Positions 20,610 through 20,660 of a stretch of 20,660 nt of DNA are shown here, piece after piece. A model generated the notes under the pieces. The model was given only the letters and a program-made list of their open reading frames with translations. It was not told the DNA's origin and made no database searches. The translations under genes were made by a program, and so were the position numbers. Source of the stretch: Selaginella moellendorffii. Taxonomy: Eukaryota > Plantae > Lycopodiophyta. The first letter of the stretch is position 1, and the number at the start of each line of letters is the position of its first letter. The DNA is taken from positions 16,848 to 37,507 of the forward strand of contig NW_003314396.1 of assembly GCF_000143415.4 (NCBI RefSeq), read 5' to 3'.

Positions 20610-20660
20610 CATCTTCTTGGCTGCAGTGTATAAACAACTACATCATTATTCTGTGCACCA

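Noticed and set aside
1-20660. CRISPR arrays, tRNA/rRNA genes, or prokaryotic or viral systems
   Set aside because: No repeat-spacer arrays, cloverleafs or operons were seen; the tRNA-like matches are PBS sequences only.

Overview
Eukaryotic (land-plant) repeat-rich DNA with no intact protein-coding gene. The left 12.4 kb is a stack of decayed Ty3/gypsy LTR retrotransposons. Element 1 is a 5'-truncated minus-strand copy (152-~2965). Element 2 is a plus-strand copy with 176-bp LTRs, a tRNA-Ala-type PBS and an apparent 4-bp TSD (3208-12371). Element 3 is a younger, non-coding LARD-like element nested antisense in element 2's integrase (~6829-12031). The right 7 kb is a mosaic of intron-containing host-gene relics: two partial copies of a serine incorporator (SERINC/TDE1) gene, a class III peroxidase lacking its last exon, a PLS-type PPR gene, and at least one unidentified spliced fragment. 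A 1.3-kb TRIM-like element (element 4) sits at the SERINC intron-1 donor. The most notable observations are (i) a ~120-bp PPR-gene fragment inserted antisense in element 2's RNase H, (ii) two SERINC relics that share the same deletions, so they were duplicated after decay began, and (iii) deletion junctions with locally templated filler DNA. Introns of ~50 bp and the PPR motif wording suggest a Selaginella-like lycophyte (inference only). I do not see evidence for a novel functional system. Identities are hand counts and protein assignments come from remembered family motifs, not database searches.
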